DNA of 64,000 nt from Raillietiella orientalis (taxonomy: Eukaryota): NCBI GenBank assembly GCA_036172245.1, contig JAYWIR010000018.1, positions 2,542,001-2,606,000 on the forward strand, written 5' to 3'. This document shows, piece after piece, positions 26,212 to 37,299 of this stretch. The position numbers were made by a program, and so were the translations under genes. Numbering within the stretch: the first letter of the stretch is position 1; each line of letters starts with the position of its first letter. The notes beneath the pieces are model-generated. The model was not told the origin of the DNA and did no database searches. It was given only the letters and a program-made list of their open reading frames with translations.

Positions 26212-27372
26212 CACCCAAGGCCGCGTTTGCTCGAGCCCACGTCGTTCCTTGGAGAAGGTCCGAGCCCAGCGGGCAGCCTCGTGACCGGCGGCATCCGCCC
26301 TCGACGGCTCTCACGGTACGCCTCGAGTTGATGCCTCCCCCTGCCCAGGGCGACTGCCGTGGGGATCGACGTTCTCTCGTATTCACCGGGGACCCCGCCT
26401 GCGACGGGAATCTGCGGCGGCGGCGGCCGCGACACTCCGAGCCATCGAAGGGCATCGGGAGCGGAGGGGAGAGGGAGGGAACGGAAAGGGCAGGCAAGCA
26501 GGCGGCAATCTTCCGCGGGTGAGGTCACGCGGACTTAGGGTAAGACGTGCGTCGGCCAAGCAGAAGAAGCGGAACTACTAGCGGAATTACTCTTGGGCGG
26601 AGCTAGTCCACTTTCCAGGAGTTCCCGGGTCGCCCGAAAAGTGAACGTCGACGACCGCGCACTCGCGGGAGCTGCACCTCGTCCTCAGCGCAAAAACTCT
26701 CATCCTACGAGCTGAGCGGGGCCTCCGTTTGCCCTTTGCCTGCGGAGGAGCGCGGACCGGAGACGCCTCGAGGGCGGGTGCTCGCCGCCTCGCGAGGTGG
26801 TGCGGGAACGCGGACTCCCGGGCAACGGGGAGCCTCGGCGTCCCCTCATCCGGAGATGCAGTTTCCGATCGATACGGGAACGAGCGGCCCGCCCGCGGAG
26901 CGCGCGCGACGCCAGAAGGAGGGGGAGGAGGAGGCGTGGCTCCTGCTCGCCGCAGCAGGTCCACCCGTCCACACCGACCAAATGCGCGAGAGGAGCGTGG
27001 ACGCGGCGGAGGCCGTTGGTCCCGCGGGCGCACGTCCCCGGTCCTCGGCGCGGCGGCGGTGAGGACGCGATGGCCCGCACAGCCGGCGCCCCGCATCGCG
27101 GGCGCGTGTCCCGGAAACAATGCGGGATGGGGACTCCCAGCCGGCCTGTCCTGCGACGGACTGTCTCCAGGGCTCTCCAGGGAGAAGGAGAAGCAAGCGT
27201 CGTCCCCAGTCCTCGCGCGCTTTCGGGACCGCGGGCTGCGAGACAGCGGCTTGCCAGGATCGAGGGCTGACTGCGCGCCTGCCACGCAGGACCTGCGTCG
27301 GTGAAGCAGCAGATCCCCAGGCGAGGGGCGGTTGTGGAGCGCTTCAGTGAAAAGACCGTGGGGTCCTTGCAT
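26212..27372 (-). repeat. Repeat B copy 2 (inverted relative to copy 1)
   Basis: Reverse complement matches 16405-17563 almost base for base; mirrored ORFs in the track (e.g. 16473-17048 minus vs 26729-27304 plus). Confidence 0.9.
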
Positions 27373-27399
27373 TTATCACTCTCGCAGCACGTGTGGGAG

Positions 27400-29130
27400 A
27401 TGCACCTATTGGGGCTTTGAGATGATCTCTCTGTAGATTCCGGACCCTTTCAGAGGAACGGACAGTGAATGGTCCTCGCGGCAAGGAACCAGGCGCGTCT
27501 GCTGCTTCCTCTGGTGTTCTGCTCATGAGACGTAGGTCATGAGTGGCATGAACTCCACGCCCGTGGTCCTCGTCCTGCGCCAAGTCGTCAATGAGCACGG
27601 AGCGGACTCGGATAACTCCGGACGGAGGTGTGCGACAGGTCCCAGTCCCCGAGTGCTCTTCCGTGCGCTTCTTGTACACACTGATTGAGGGAACTCTGAA
27701 GAGCGCACCGCCAAAGCAGCGCTCCTCCCTTCCAGGCTCTCGGCACCGTTTGGAGCGCCTCCTCGACGGCCGTGCTTTGGCAGACCCTGGAAGCCTCCGC
27801 TTCGTATCTTAAGAGTTCCTTGAATGAGGGATCGGTCTCGGGGGATGCCACTGCGTTGAGCTCTGGAGGCAGGGGGATGGACTGCCCGGAAATAGCAGCT
27901 TCCGGTGGGGTGTCCCTCTGGAACTTGCTCCTGGATTTTCCCTATGATTCTGAAGCAGCTGAAATTCTTGAGGAACAAAAAGATAAGGTACAACCTGCGT
28001 CTACGGCTGGAGATGGATGCATTGAGAACATCTCTGCAAATACGGATGGTAACCAGTGGTTTCGAAAACTATGCTCTTCCGCCGCCAGCACCGCTGTCGC
28101 CAGCTGCTCTCCCGCTACGGGAACTCCGGAAATCGGGTTCATTTGGGGCGAGCAGATCGAACGTAAGGATGCTTTTCTTCTGCAAACTGCAGGCTTCCTG
28201 TGATCTCTAAGGACAAAGAGTCTTCTCAAGAACCTGCACGGCGCCAATCATGCCTGTTCCCTTCGGCATCTTTCTTATCGCGTGCCTGTGATGCGACCGA
28301 AGACTCTGAGTGATCTCTGGAGCAGTACCACTTCCTTCCGATGTACGCTCTAGACTGCACTGGAAAGAGGCTCATAAAAGTAGGGGAAAACTGGCAGTTT
28401 GGGATGCGTAACCAGCGCCATGGGATGGTTTCCCATGGCGTGGGTTACGCTGCCATGAAAAACCTGGAAGATTCTCGCCTGCCATCTGGATGCTCTGCTG
28501 CAGAGGTTGAAGTGCTTGGGTGTGAGCATCAGCCTGTGCTGCTGCAGTCTTCACAAGCTCCAATCGAACTTCTTTCTCAGACCGCAGGATAATTTTAGCT
28601 TTCCTTTTCTTCACCTTGTTCCAGTGTCAAAGACATCCTATTTGCTAGTAAATTCCAATTTGATAGTGACTCTGAAGAAAAACACTTCTGCATCTGACTG
28701 TCCATCTGTCTACCGAACAAGAAATCCTCCGTCCTCAATAGGTCTTGGGAATCTTCTCCGTAACGTGGTTTGATGCAGCTTCGCGGGAGGTCTTCAGTGA
28801 GGTCCACTCTTGGACGCATCGAAAGGGAGTCTTCGCATGCATCCGTCTCGTATCCATAATGCACATCGCCTCCCTGGAGTGCTCGGATGGTTCTGGAGCT
28901 GCTTCCACTGAAGGCGATAGAGGGGCGTCCTCGGCATGCGAATCGAGGTCTCTGCATCCATCGCAACCCCCTCCTCCTTTTTTATTTTTCTTTTCTTTTT
29001 CAAATTAGCGTGAAGTTCCTCTTTCCAGCTCCTTCCTCGATTCCTCATCGGAGTGGCCAGCTCGTGATCGCAACGGTTCTCCGAAGCCGTTTTCGCGTTT
29101 TCCAGAAGCATCCACAGCTCCCGGAGCAGG
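27400..29130 (-). mobile_element. LINE ORF1 plus ORF2-linker remnant
   Basis: 'DAETSIRMPRTPL', 'DAEVFFFRVT' (ORF1-like) then 'TPEEAADAPGSLPRG' (pre-RT-like); lies downstream of tRNA-headed copy 3. Confidence 0.45.
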
Positions 29131-29559
29131 AACTTACTGACTGCTTTCGTGCTAGCACGAAAGCCTCCCGTGCAGAGCTCCAGGCTTTCGCTCCTTCTGA
29201 TTCTGATTCAAGCGGCCTGCAATCGGGCGCACTCCAAGGTGTGCAACCGTCGCGCGAGCACGTGGCGTTTAGCGGCGACGGTTGCTGCAGCTCGCGAGGG
29301 TCCCTGGAGAGACTGCCTTTCCGGCAGCCGGCGAAAATTTTCAGTGGCTCGCTCACCCACATCATCTGCCACCCGATCGCTAAGAGGTGCCTTATCCTTT
29401 TTAGCCGCCAATTCTACCGAGGCCTCTCGGTGGACGCTGGCAGTTGTGGGCAAGTCACGAAGGTTGTTGAATCTTCGTCTGAAGAAAAGATACTGTTTGC
29501 TTCCTTCTAGCTGACCGCCTACTGAAAATTCGTCTTCTTTGTGCGAATGGGCGAGTTTG

Positions 29560-30390
29560 ACGAGCACCATCCCTCCCATCAGTACACGTCCTGCTATTGA
29601 GCACCTTTACTGCGTTCTTTACAGGATGATGGCAATCCTTTTGGGTCCTTTTGTTTCCTTCCGGATTTTTCCTTTTTCTTTTCCTTGATTCTCCAAGTGC
29701 TGAAGAACCGTTCGCCTCCTTGAAGAGGCTAATGAAACTCTTTAACACCGTCCCCTTCACCCTCGCGGATTCGTGTAACTTATCATGTTATAGGGAGTAC
29801 TCCAGGAGGGGATTACCCTATGATTCCAGGAGGAACCTCCGGAGAAAGGTGTCCGTTCCTCCCGCTTTAGGTAGGCAAACTCCGAAAGGAACATCTCCGG
29901 AGAGATCCCCGGAGGGAGTGGAGTCGCTCCTCATTTCTTCTCAGAGGGAACCCGGAAAGGATCCGCTCCTTGTTTGTTCCTCCGAAGAAAACCGCGAAGG
30001 GAAGCTTCCCAATTTCTCTGAAGGGCGCTCCCCGAAGAGAGCAGCGCGCTTCTTGGCCTTCTGGAAAGACAACTCCCCGAAGGAGGTATCAACAAGATCC
30101 ATGGTACGCGATGGATGGTTCGTTTTCACAACCAGCGGGGAATGGGTCCTGGATTCCTGGAACGACCATGGAGGGTCAACTTCCAATCACGGCCAGTCAA
30201 CGGGAGCAGTACCAGGTCCGCAGACGAAACCCACAGGCCAACCAGCGTCATATTGAGGGGAGAAGGGACTCAAAACCCACAACATGCACCCCTCATTCTC
30301 GGTGTCGATCCTTGCCCTGGCGGGATTTGAACCGCGACGCTCGGTGCCACGCGCGGAGTCCGCAGCCGTTCGGAATGCTGACTCTCCGTG
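29560..30390 (-). mobile_element. tRNA-headed repeat copy 3
   Basis: Minus strand CGCGGTTCAAATCCCGC at 30320-30336 plus second motif; body homologous to 7640-9030 (e.g. shared gggcgctccccgaag and catggtacgcgatgga blocks). Confidence 0.7.
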
Positions 30391-30479
30391 GCGCAGGAAA
30401 CTGACGCTCACGGGAGCTCAAGGTGTGGATATTCCCCGCTGGTAATTTTTCCGCCCGATCTCTCCAGGGAGCGTTTATT

Positions 30480-31336
30480 TAAGAAAAAAAGAAACGAGCT
30501 GGAAACGAGCTGGTTTCCAGCCGAAGACAAAAGTGCAGGGGGAGGGTCCATCAGCACGCAGGTCGGGAACTCTGAAAGTCCGGAACGCGAGGATGGAGAA
30601 GGGGCAGCAAAAGAAATAAGGACATTACGGGGGATGGGTCTTTGGTTTCGTTCTGTATACACCGGGATGAATATATAAAAACCGGGAAGGGTACGGAGCG
30701 AAAGGGAGCGATGAATTAAGAAAAGAAACGAGAAAATAAGGGGAGCGTAGGAACAAGGCTCACCAGTGTCGGCCGTTTCTTCATTTCAAAACCGGCGCTG
30801 GATGCCGACGAGATCTCTGCCTTGACTTCTCTCTCAGCCGTACTCACGTAGGCGGGTGCCATCTCGGTGACCTCCCTTAGCTCCGTATTCAGCACGTGGC
30901 GGAGCCGTGACGATGGTGCGGACGCAACCCACCGTTGAGACCTCGCCGCCCGTCGAGAGTCCTCCCGGCGCGAAGAACCGCCGCAGCAAGTCACGAGCGG
31001 CGTCCTTCTGGTGCAAGGGCTAATGCCATCCAGCCTCCCCCACAGTTCCTGGAGACCACCGCAGTCTAAAAGCAGGTGCGGGGTGGGATCGACTCCGCCG
31101 ACCCGTACCTGACACGCACAGTTTGGGGATGCAACCCCTTTGGGCACGTGGGTGCCGGCGTTCGTTGCACCGGAAGCCCCAATACGGGAAGAGCAGCACG
31201 GCCCGTTCCCGGGAGAGAGGAAACGAAGACCCGCTGACGTGGACTGGGAGCCGTGCATATCAACACAGTAAGCGAACCTCTGGTGAATGCTGCATGGCAG
31301 GGATGGTATCCCGGCGCCATCACATCTGTCGGCCAC
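30480..31336 (-). mobile_element. L1/Tx1-like ORF2 3' end plus 3' UTR
   Basis: 'PNCACQVRVGGVDPTPHLLLDCGGLQELWGRL' CCHC finger, 'RRFFAPGG'; conserved UTR motif at 30538-30586. Confidence 0.7.
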
Positions 31337-31399
31337 TCAGATGGCGGGTCGGAACTTTCCCTCCTCTTCTCGCCTTGAACCGGTCCATTCTACCCAAAC

Positions 31400-31880
31400 C
31401 TGGGGTAAAATGGACCTCTTTGGGTAAATTTTAGGATCGGGATTCGCTCCTGGAATTTGTTCTTCAGAGGGACCCCTGGCAAGGGAGTCGCTCTTTGTTC
31501 CCTCCCCTCAAGAGAACCCCGAAGGGACGTTTCCCCATTTCTCTGAAGGGCTCTTCCAGGAGAGAGCAGATTGCTTTTTACACTCTGGGTAGGTATCAGT
31601 CAAGCAGCTTCGCTGTGCTGATCCATTTTCACAACCGGAGGGGAACTTTGAAGGACTCATTCATTCCTGGAAGTACTTCGGAAGGTCAACTTCCAATCCC
31701 GGCCAGTCAACTGGCACCTGAGGTTTCCATCTTTCACCAGTGCCACACCCGAAATTTTTGCGCTAATGAGCGTCATCTTGAGGGGAAAACTCGAAACCCA
31801 CGACACGCACCCCCGTTCTCGGAGTCGATCCTTCCACAGGCGGGATTCGAACCCGCGACGCGGCCGCCAACGCGTGCTTA
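31400..31880 (-). mobile_element. tRNA-headed repeat copy 4
   Basis: Perfect T-arm GCGGG-TTCGAAT-CCCGC on the minus strand at 31840-31856, second motif GTGGGTTTCGAG, partial body homologous to copies 1 and 3. Confidence 0.7.
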
Positions 31881-33194
31881 CAACAAACCATCAGAAGCTC
31901 CTCGCTTCGTTGCCAAAGGGAATGTAGGTTTTCAAACAGTCTTCTTTTGGAACAAGCTGATTGAGATGTCCTGTAAGGCAGGGCGTGGGTGCTGCCCCGT
32001 GCAGGAAAATAAGGCTTCCCATCCTCCGACAGGAGTGCGCACAACCTGTACTCGACGCAGCGATATGCAGCAGAAGCAGCTTTCAGGATTGGCAAATCAA
32101 ACTTCCGCGCAACTCTGAGTGCGGCGAAGTGTGCGGACGCTCAGGTAGCCCCACTCGGACATGGACTTGCCTACTCCCACCGGAGCCCACCAGGCTCAGC
32201 TTTCAGCCAGGGCGACCAGAGTAACGAACTACGGGTTGCTCACGTGGCAAAGGATGGACTCCAAAGACGATCTGCTGATGCATCAAAGACTTGGATCATC
32301 AGCAGAAGATGGCGGAAATTGGATCTGGGCATTTTCCTAACGATAGAACCATGCAACCAATCGAGGATCAGTGCATCTACGACAAGCAGAGCAACGAAGG
32401 TGGAGGAGGAAGAAAGAGAGGCGTCCCCCTTACCTCCTATAGCGGATCGCTCTCTTCACCCTCCCTGAAAACGGATCTGTGGTCTTTGAAGGTGCATCCC
32501 GTGCGGGAAGGGACCCATCTGCACTTCCATCCATTCGTCAAAGGAATGCCAAGTGCCGAGCAGACCATTTCAAACGAGCGCGTCTCGCTCGTTTCTTCGG
32601 CATCCCTCCACCGCGTTGCAACTCTTCCGGTCCTCAAGATCACGAGGATACTATGCAGGCAACCCTTTGTAGGCGAAGTCCTCGGTCCTTCTAGCCCTCT
32701 TCCCAGTGCTCTTGCCGAGCTCCAGAGGGCACTCGACGTCCGGTATGGTCTTCCTCATCCTCCTAAAGCCCTGCATCCTGCATTGGATCTGCTCCCGAAG
32801 TAACATGATTAGGAGGATGCACCGATGATCATTTTCTCCGGTGCTACCGGAGTGTCCCGGGTCACCAGTTGCTCCCATGTGGTCTCTGCCCTCCCAGCTT
32901 GGCGATGCTCTTAACTTCCAACGTCGCCTGATCAAGTCGTACGGGAACTATCCCGAGGAATCCCGCACCCAGCGGTAGAAAGAGAGATGGCAATCGCCAC
33001 AGACAGGCGAAGATTCGGGAGCGAACCCGAGGAGCGGTTAGCTGGCCCAGGAAACGCATCTGTGCGCACGGCGGGTAGGCAGGCGGCGCTCGCTTGCGGA
33101 TGAGGTCGCGAGGACTTGGGGAAAGGCAGGTGGCGGACCCATAACCATCACTGCGCAAGGCTTCCACGGCGATTTTTCACCCAGGTGCGTTTCT

Positions 33195-34950
33195 TAAAAA
33201 ACTATCTGGGAACAAAGTTCCCCGACAAAGGGAGCAGAAGTTCGAGGGGAGGGCTCCCCGACACACAGGTCGGTAATAACGAAAGTCCGGAACAAGAGAA
33301 AGGGGACCACAAATAAATATATATATAAAAATTTGGGGGAGTCGGGACAGAGGTCTTTGGCTTTGGTCGTTTCTTCCTTCCAGAACCGGTGTTGGATGCC
33401 GGATATTTCCTTCCTCACGTCTTCTGAAGATGCGGCCGTCGTCATGTTGACGTGAGCGATTGCGGTGGCCCCCCTAAGAATCGCCCGCGACTCCAACTGG
33501 CGTCAGGCCGTAACGATGGCGCGGATGCAACAGCTCACCGTGATGATCGCATCTAACGAAAGGCCGCCTCGCGCGAAGAAGCAGCACATCAAGTTCCTTG
33601 TGGTGTGCGCCTGGTGCAGGAGCGCTGAAGCCAGCCTCCGCCACAGTCCTTGGAGACACCGCACTCGAAGAGCAGGTGAGGGAGCGTTTCCGCTGTTCCG
33701 CACCGTCCACAGTTCAGGGAGGTAACTTCCCCGGAAACAATGTTCGCGCGCTGGTTGCAATGGAAGCCCCAACGCAGCAGCAAAAGCACATCCTGTTTTC
33801 AATGAAGGGGGAACACTGAATTGCCCACGCACGAGGGAGGGACCACAAGTTCTTCGGGGAGCACACTCAGGAGTTCCCTCCACAGGAGTCCCTTGGGAAT
33901 ATGGCGAGGCGTGGCAGCGTGGGCCACCTAGCTGGTTCTCCAGCCGCCCATGGGTCTGGTTGCTCTTGCGATCGTGCAGGCGCCCTCCCACCCCTCCGGT
34001 AGGAAGCTGTCCTCTCTTGCCCTTGGGGCAGACAGCGCTGCAGCAAGGAGCATGACAGCCGGAATGATCCGATTGCCTTGGTCTCGCATCACATCTTCCA
34101 ACGGAAGATAGGTCGAAAGCTCCCACAACGGTTAGGCAGCGACACGAGCGCAGACCTACGCGGGATGGCAACGCCGCCCTTCCGTGAGGATGGAAGGCAT
34201 CTCGAGGGAGGAGTGGCGAGGGAGAAGGAGTGGAGGAAGAGTAGGCCGAGCAGAAGAAGCGGTACCACTTGGCTACTCTTCGGAGGAGCTAGTCCACTTT
34301 CCGGGAGTTCCCGGGACGCCCGAAAAGTGAACGTCGACGACCGCGCACTCACGGGAGCTGCACCTCGTCCTCAGCGCAAAAACTCTCATCCTATGAGCTG
34401 CGCGGGGCCTCCATTTGCCCTTTGCCTGCGGAGGCGTGCGGACCGGAGACGCCTCGAGGGCGGGTGCTCGCCGCTTCGTGAGGTGGTGCGGGAACGCGAA
34501 CGCCCGGGCAACGGGGAGCCTGGGCGTCCCCTCATCCGGAGATGCAGTTTCCGATCGATACGGGAACGAGCGGCCCGCCCGCGGAGCGCGCGCGACGCCA
34601 GAAGGAGGGGGAGGAGGAGGCGTGGCTCCTGCTCGCTGCCGCAGGTCCACCCGTCCACACCGACCAAATGCTCGGGAGGCGCGTGGACGCGGGAGCGGCC
34701 GTTGGTAACGCGGGCGCACGTCCCCGGTCCTCGGCGCGGCGGCGGTGAGGACGCGATGGCCCGCACAGCCGGCGCCCCGCATCGCGAGCGCGTGTCCCGG
34801 GAACGCTGCGGGCTGGGGGCTCCCGGCCGGCCTGTCCTGCGATGGACTTCCTCCCTGGACCGTCTCCAGGGCGCTTCAGGCAGAAGGAGAAGCGAGCTTC
34901 GTTCCGAGTCCTCGCGTGCTTTCGGGACCGCGGGCTGCGGGACAGCAGCG
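33195..34950 (-). mobile_element. Internally deleted Tx1-like element: repeat B copy 3 (34244-34950) plus C-terminal CCHC and 3' UTR
   Basis: B-homologous segment continues into 'KGLLWRELLSVLPEELVVPP...NCGRCGTAETLPHLLFEC...LWRRLAS' and the UTR motif at 33246-33293. Confidence 0.75.
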
Positions 34951-35099
34951 AGACACTGTCCCACCAGCCAGCTCGACTACCGGCAGCGATACGACTCCTA
35001 CGAACTACCACCTTGCCAAGAGGGTGGGACGGCTAAGAATTCTTTCTCTCCTACGTTTTATTCCCACCTCTATGGACAAAGGGTTAACAGAAACTTTTC

Positions 35100-36630
35100 G
35101 GTCTATTTCCTTGGCACTCGTTCTTGAAAAGCAGTCCTTGCAGGTTACAGCTCCTGCCGAAAGGCCGTGCTGTGGCATCTCTTCATCTGCTTTCTCGTGA
35201 CGGGCCGACTCCATCGAACCGAGCGTCCACTCAAAGCTCCGTGCTCAACCCTTTGGGGACCTGCGAGGTCCGGGATCCGCCTCAAAGACTTGGAGGCTGC
35301 GCTTCGAAAGGTTGGGTTTGGGCATCCTGATGACGGTGCGAATCGGGTTGCGGACGCAGTTCTGAATGCTGCTGGCATCTCGAGCCAAGACTATTTCGTT
35401 TTGTGCGTAGCGCGCCTGATCCTTTGGAGAGGCGCAGGCAGCGGAGGATGCTCTCGTTGCTACCGAGCCTCCGCTAAAGGATGCGGAAATTGATTTTCCT
35501 CCTGAGGCAACCCACTTTCCTTCCGGTAGCCCATCCGTGGGTCTCCTGCCTTCCGAAGAACGTTGATGCCCGTCAGCAGGAGGAGGTTGCGTCCTGCGCT
35601 GCATGTCAGGGAATGCACCCACAGGAGCTTCATCCCCCTGTGCTACTTCCTCAGCCATCGTTTGGGAGCGGTCACGCTGGACTCGACGAAGTGGTCCACT
35701 TCGGCCGCCACAACTCTTGCCGCAGAGCTGTCTGTCTGCCCCGAGGGCACGAGGCAACAGGTGCCTCCCGGAGGGGTGGGGGTTGTCCTGCATCGTTGCA
35801 GGAGAGGTGAAACTCCTGGGTGGCCGGAAGGCGAGTGAGCTGGTGGCCACTCCACACATTCAGGAAAAAGGACTCCTTCGGTGGTCCGAACTGTTAGGTG
35901 CCGCACCCGAACAACTTGTGGTCCCTCCTCGATGCTTCAACACTTCCGTGTTCTCCTGATGATGGAAACAGACTGTCCTGCTGTTTCTTCACTGGGAACT
36001 CCAGTGTGGTCAGTGTCTCAACCTCGTCTATAGGGGGGAGGGGGCATCTTTGTAGTGCGGGTCAGGAGCAGGTTGGTGGAGTCGATTCCGCATCTGCTTC
36101 TGGACTGCAATGGCTTTCAAGAACTGTGACGGTCGCGAACGGTGTCCTGCTGGCGCGGGAGGCGCTCCCGCGCCAGCAGGACACCGTCCGCGACCTGCTG
36201 CGGCGGTTCTTCGTGTCCGAGGGACAAGATCTTGCATCCGCGCCATCGCCACGGCCCGCCATGTGCTCTCGGCGCAGACGAAGCGAACGGAGGTCACCGT
36301 GATGGCAGCCGCCTACATGAGGACGGGTGCGAGGTGACCTCACCAAAAAGAGGAAGTCAAGACGGAGATCGCTGACATCCGGAGTCGGCTCTTAATGGAA
36401 GGAATGGCTGACAACGATAGCCCCTGTCCCCACCTTCTCCTTATTTATTGACTAACTGGCCCCTCCCACCGGTTCCGGACTTTTCCCGTTTTTTTTTCCT
36501 TTTCTAGAAGGAACGGAACAAACCAAAGACTCGTGCCCTCCCCTTCCCATTCTGTTATTCGTTTATTACCCCCTCCCTTCCGTTCTCTGCCTTTAGATGT
36601 CCCGACCTGCGTATAGATAGACCCTCCATT
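35100..36630 (+). mobile_element. L1/Tx1-like ORF2 3' portion plus 3' UTR
   Basis: 'KGLLRWSELLGAAPEQLVVPPRCFNTSVF', 'VESIPHLLLDCNGFQEL', 'DLLRRFFV'; UTR motif parts at 36474-36485 and 36601-36627. Confidence 0.7.
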
Positions 36631-37299
36631 AGATCCTGAGGCGAAGGGCGCCGTCGATAGGCATGCCCCAGGGCGCCAGCGGATGTTCGCTCGAGCAAGG
36701 CCCGTCTTTTCCTTGATCCCGTACCCCAACCTCGAGCCAGGAGTGGGGTGAGGAGGCAGGAAAGAACTCTAGCACTTGGAGGACACCCGCAGAGCGATGC
36801 GACTCCGAGAGCCACCTATAGCCAGGATGCGTCTCCCAGCCGGCCAGCAGAGAGAGGCGCCGCCGCAGCCCACCCTGCCGCCTCTCCGAGGCTTTCCGCC
36901 GCTTTCGGTCACATGTCGGTCTCCCGTGCCCGACAATCGACTCCGATCGCGCCTGAGCAGGAGGATGACGATCTCTTGATGCACGTGGGCGGAGAGGTTC
37001 GATCTCACCACCCAGGGCGGAGATCTCTGAGAGGCACGCAGCTTCTTGAGACAGCATCCTCTAACCAGGGGCATTCGCGGGACACCCACGTGTTCCAAGA
37101 TCCGAGCCTAGTGGAATGGCTGAAAACAAGGCTGAATGCGAATTCTCAGGATGCAGCAGAGGAGGAGAGGAAACGCCATTAGCAGGGAAAGGCAAACGAG
37201 CTCGGAGGACGTAGCCTTGCGAAGTCACCGGCATCCAGCGGGACGAGGAAGAGGAGGCGGAGCCACTGGAGGCGTGGGAGGCGGTGATCTGCTGCATGG

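Noticed and set aside
27070..27270. Histone H3-like start 'MARTAGAPHR' in repeat B
   Set aside because: Only MART matches; no histone fold follows, and it is antisense to the LINE-derived frame.
16405..27372. Large DNA transposon (Polinton/Mutator-like) with 1.16-kb TIRs
   Set aside because: No TSD at the outer ends, no transposase or polymerase inside, the arms are decayed LINE ORF2 sequence, and a third copy lies elsewhere.
26212..27372. rDNA or rDNA spacer
   Set aside because: GC-rich, but no conserved 18S/5.8S/28S/5S sequence anywhere in the window.
31780..31900. Functional tRNA genes at the B-box sites
   Set aside because: Only the T-arm is formed; no D-arm, anticodon arm or acceptor stem could be built.
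33246..33293. Hammerhead or HDV ribozyme in the 3'-UTR motif
   Set aside because: No CUGAnGA core paired with the GAAA, and no HDV nested pseudoknot could be assembled by eye.
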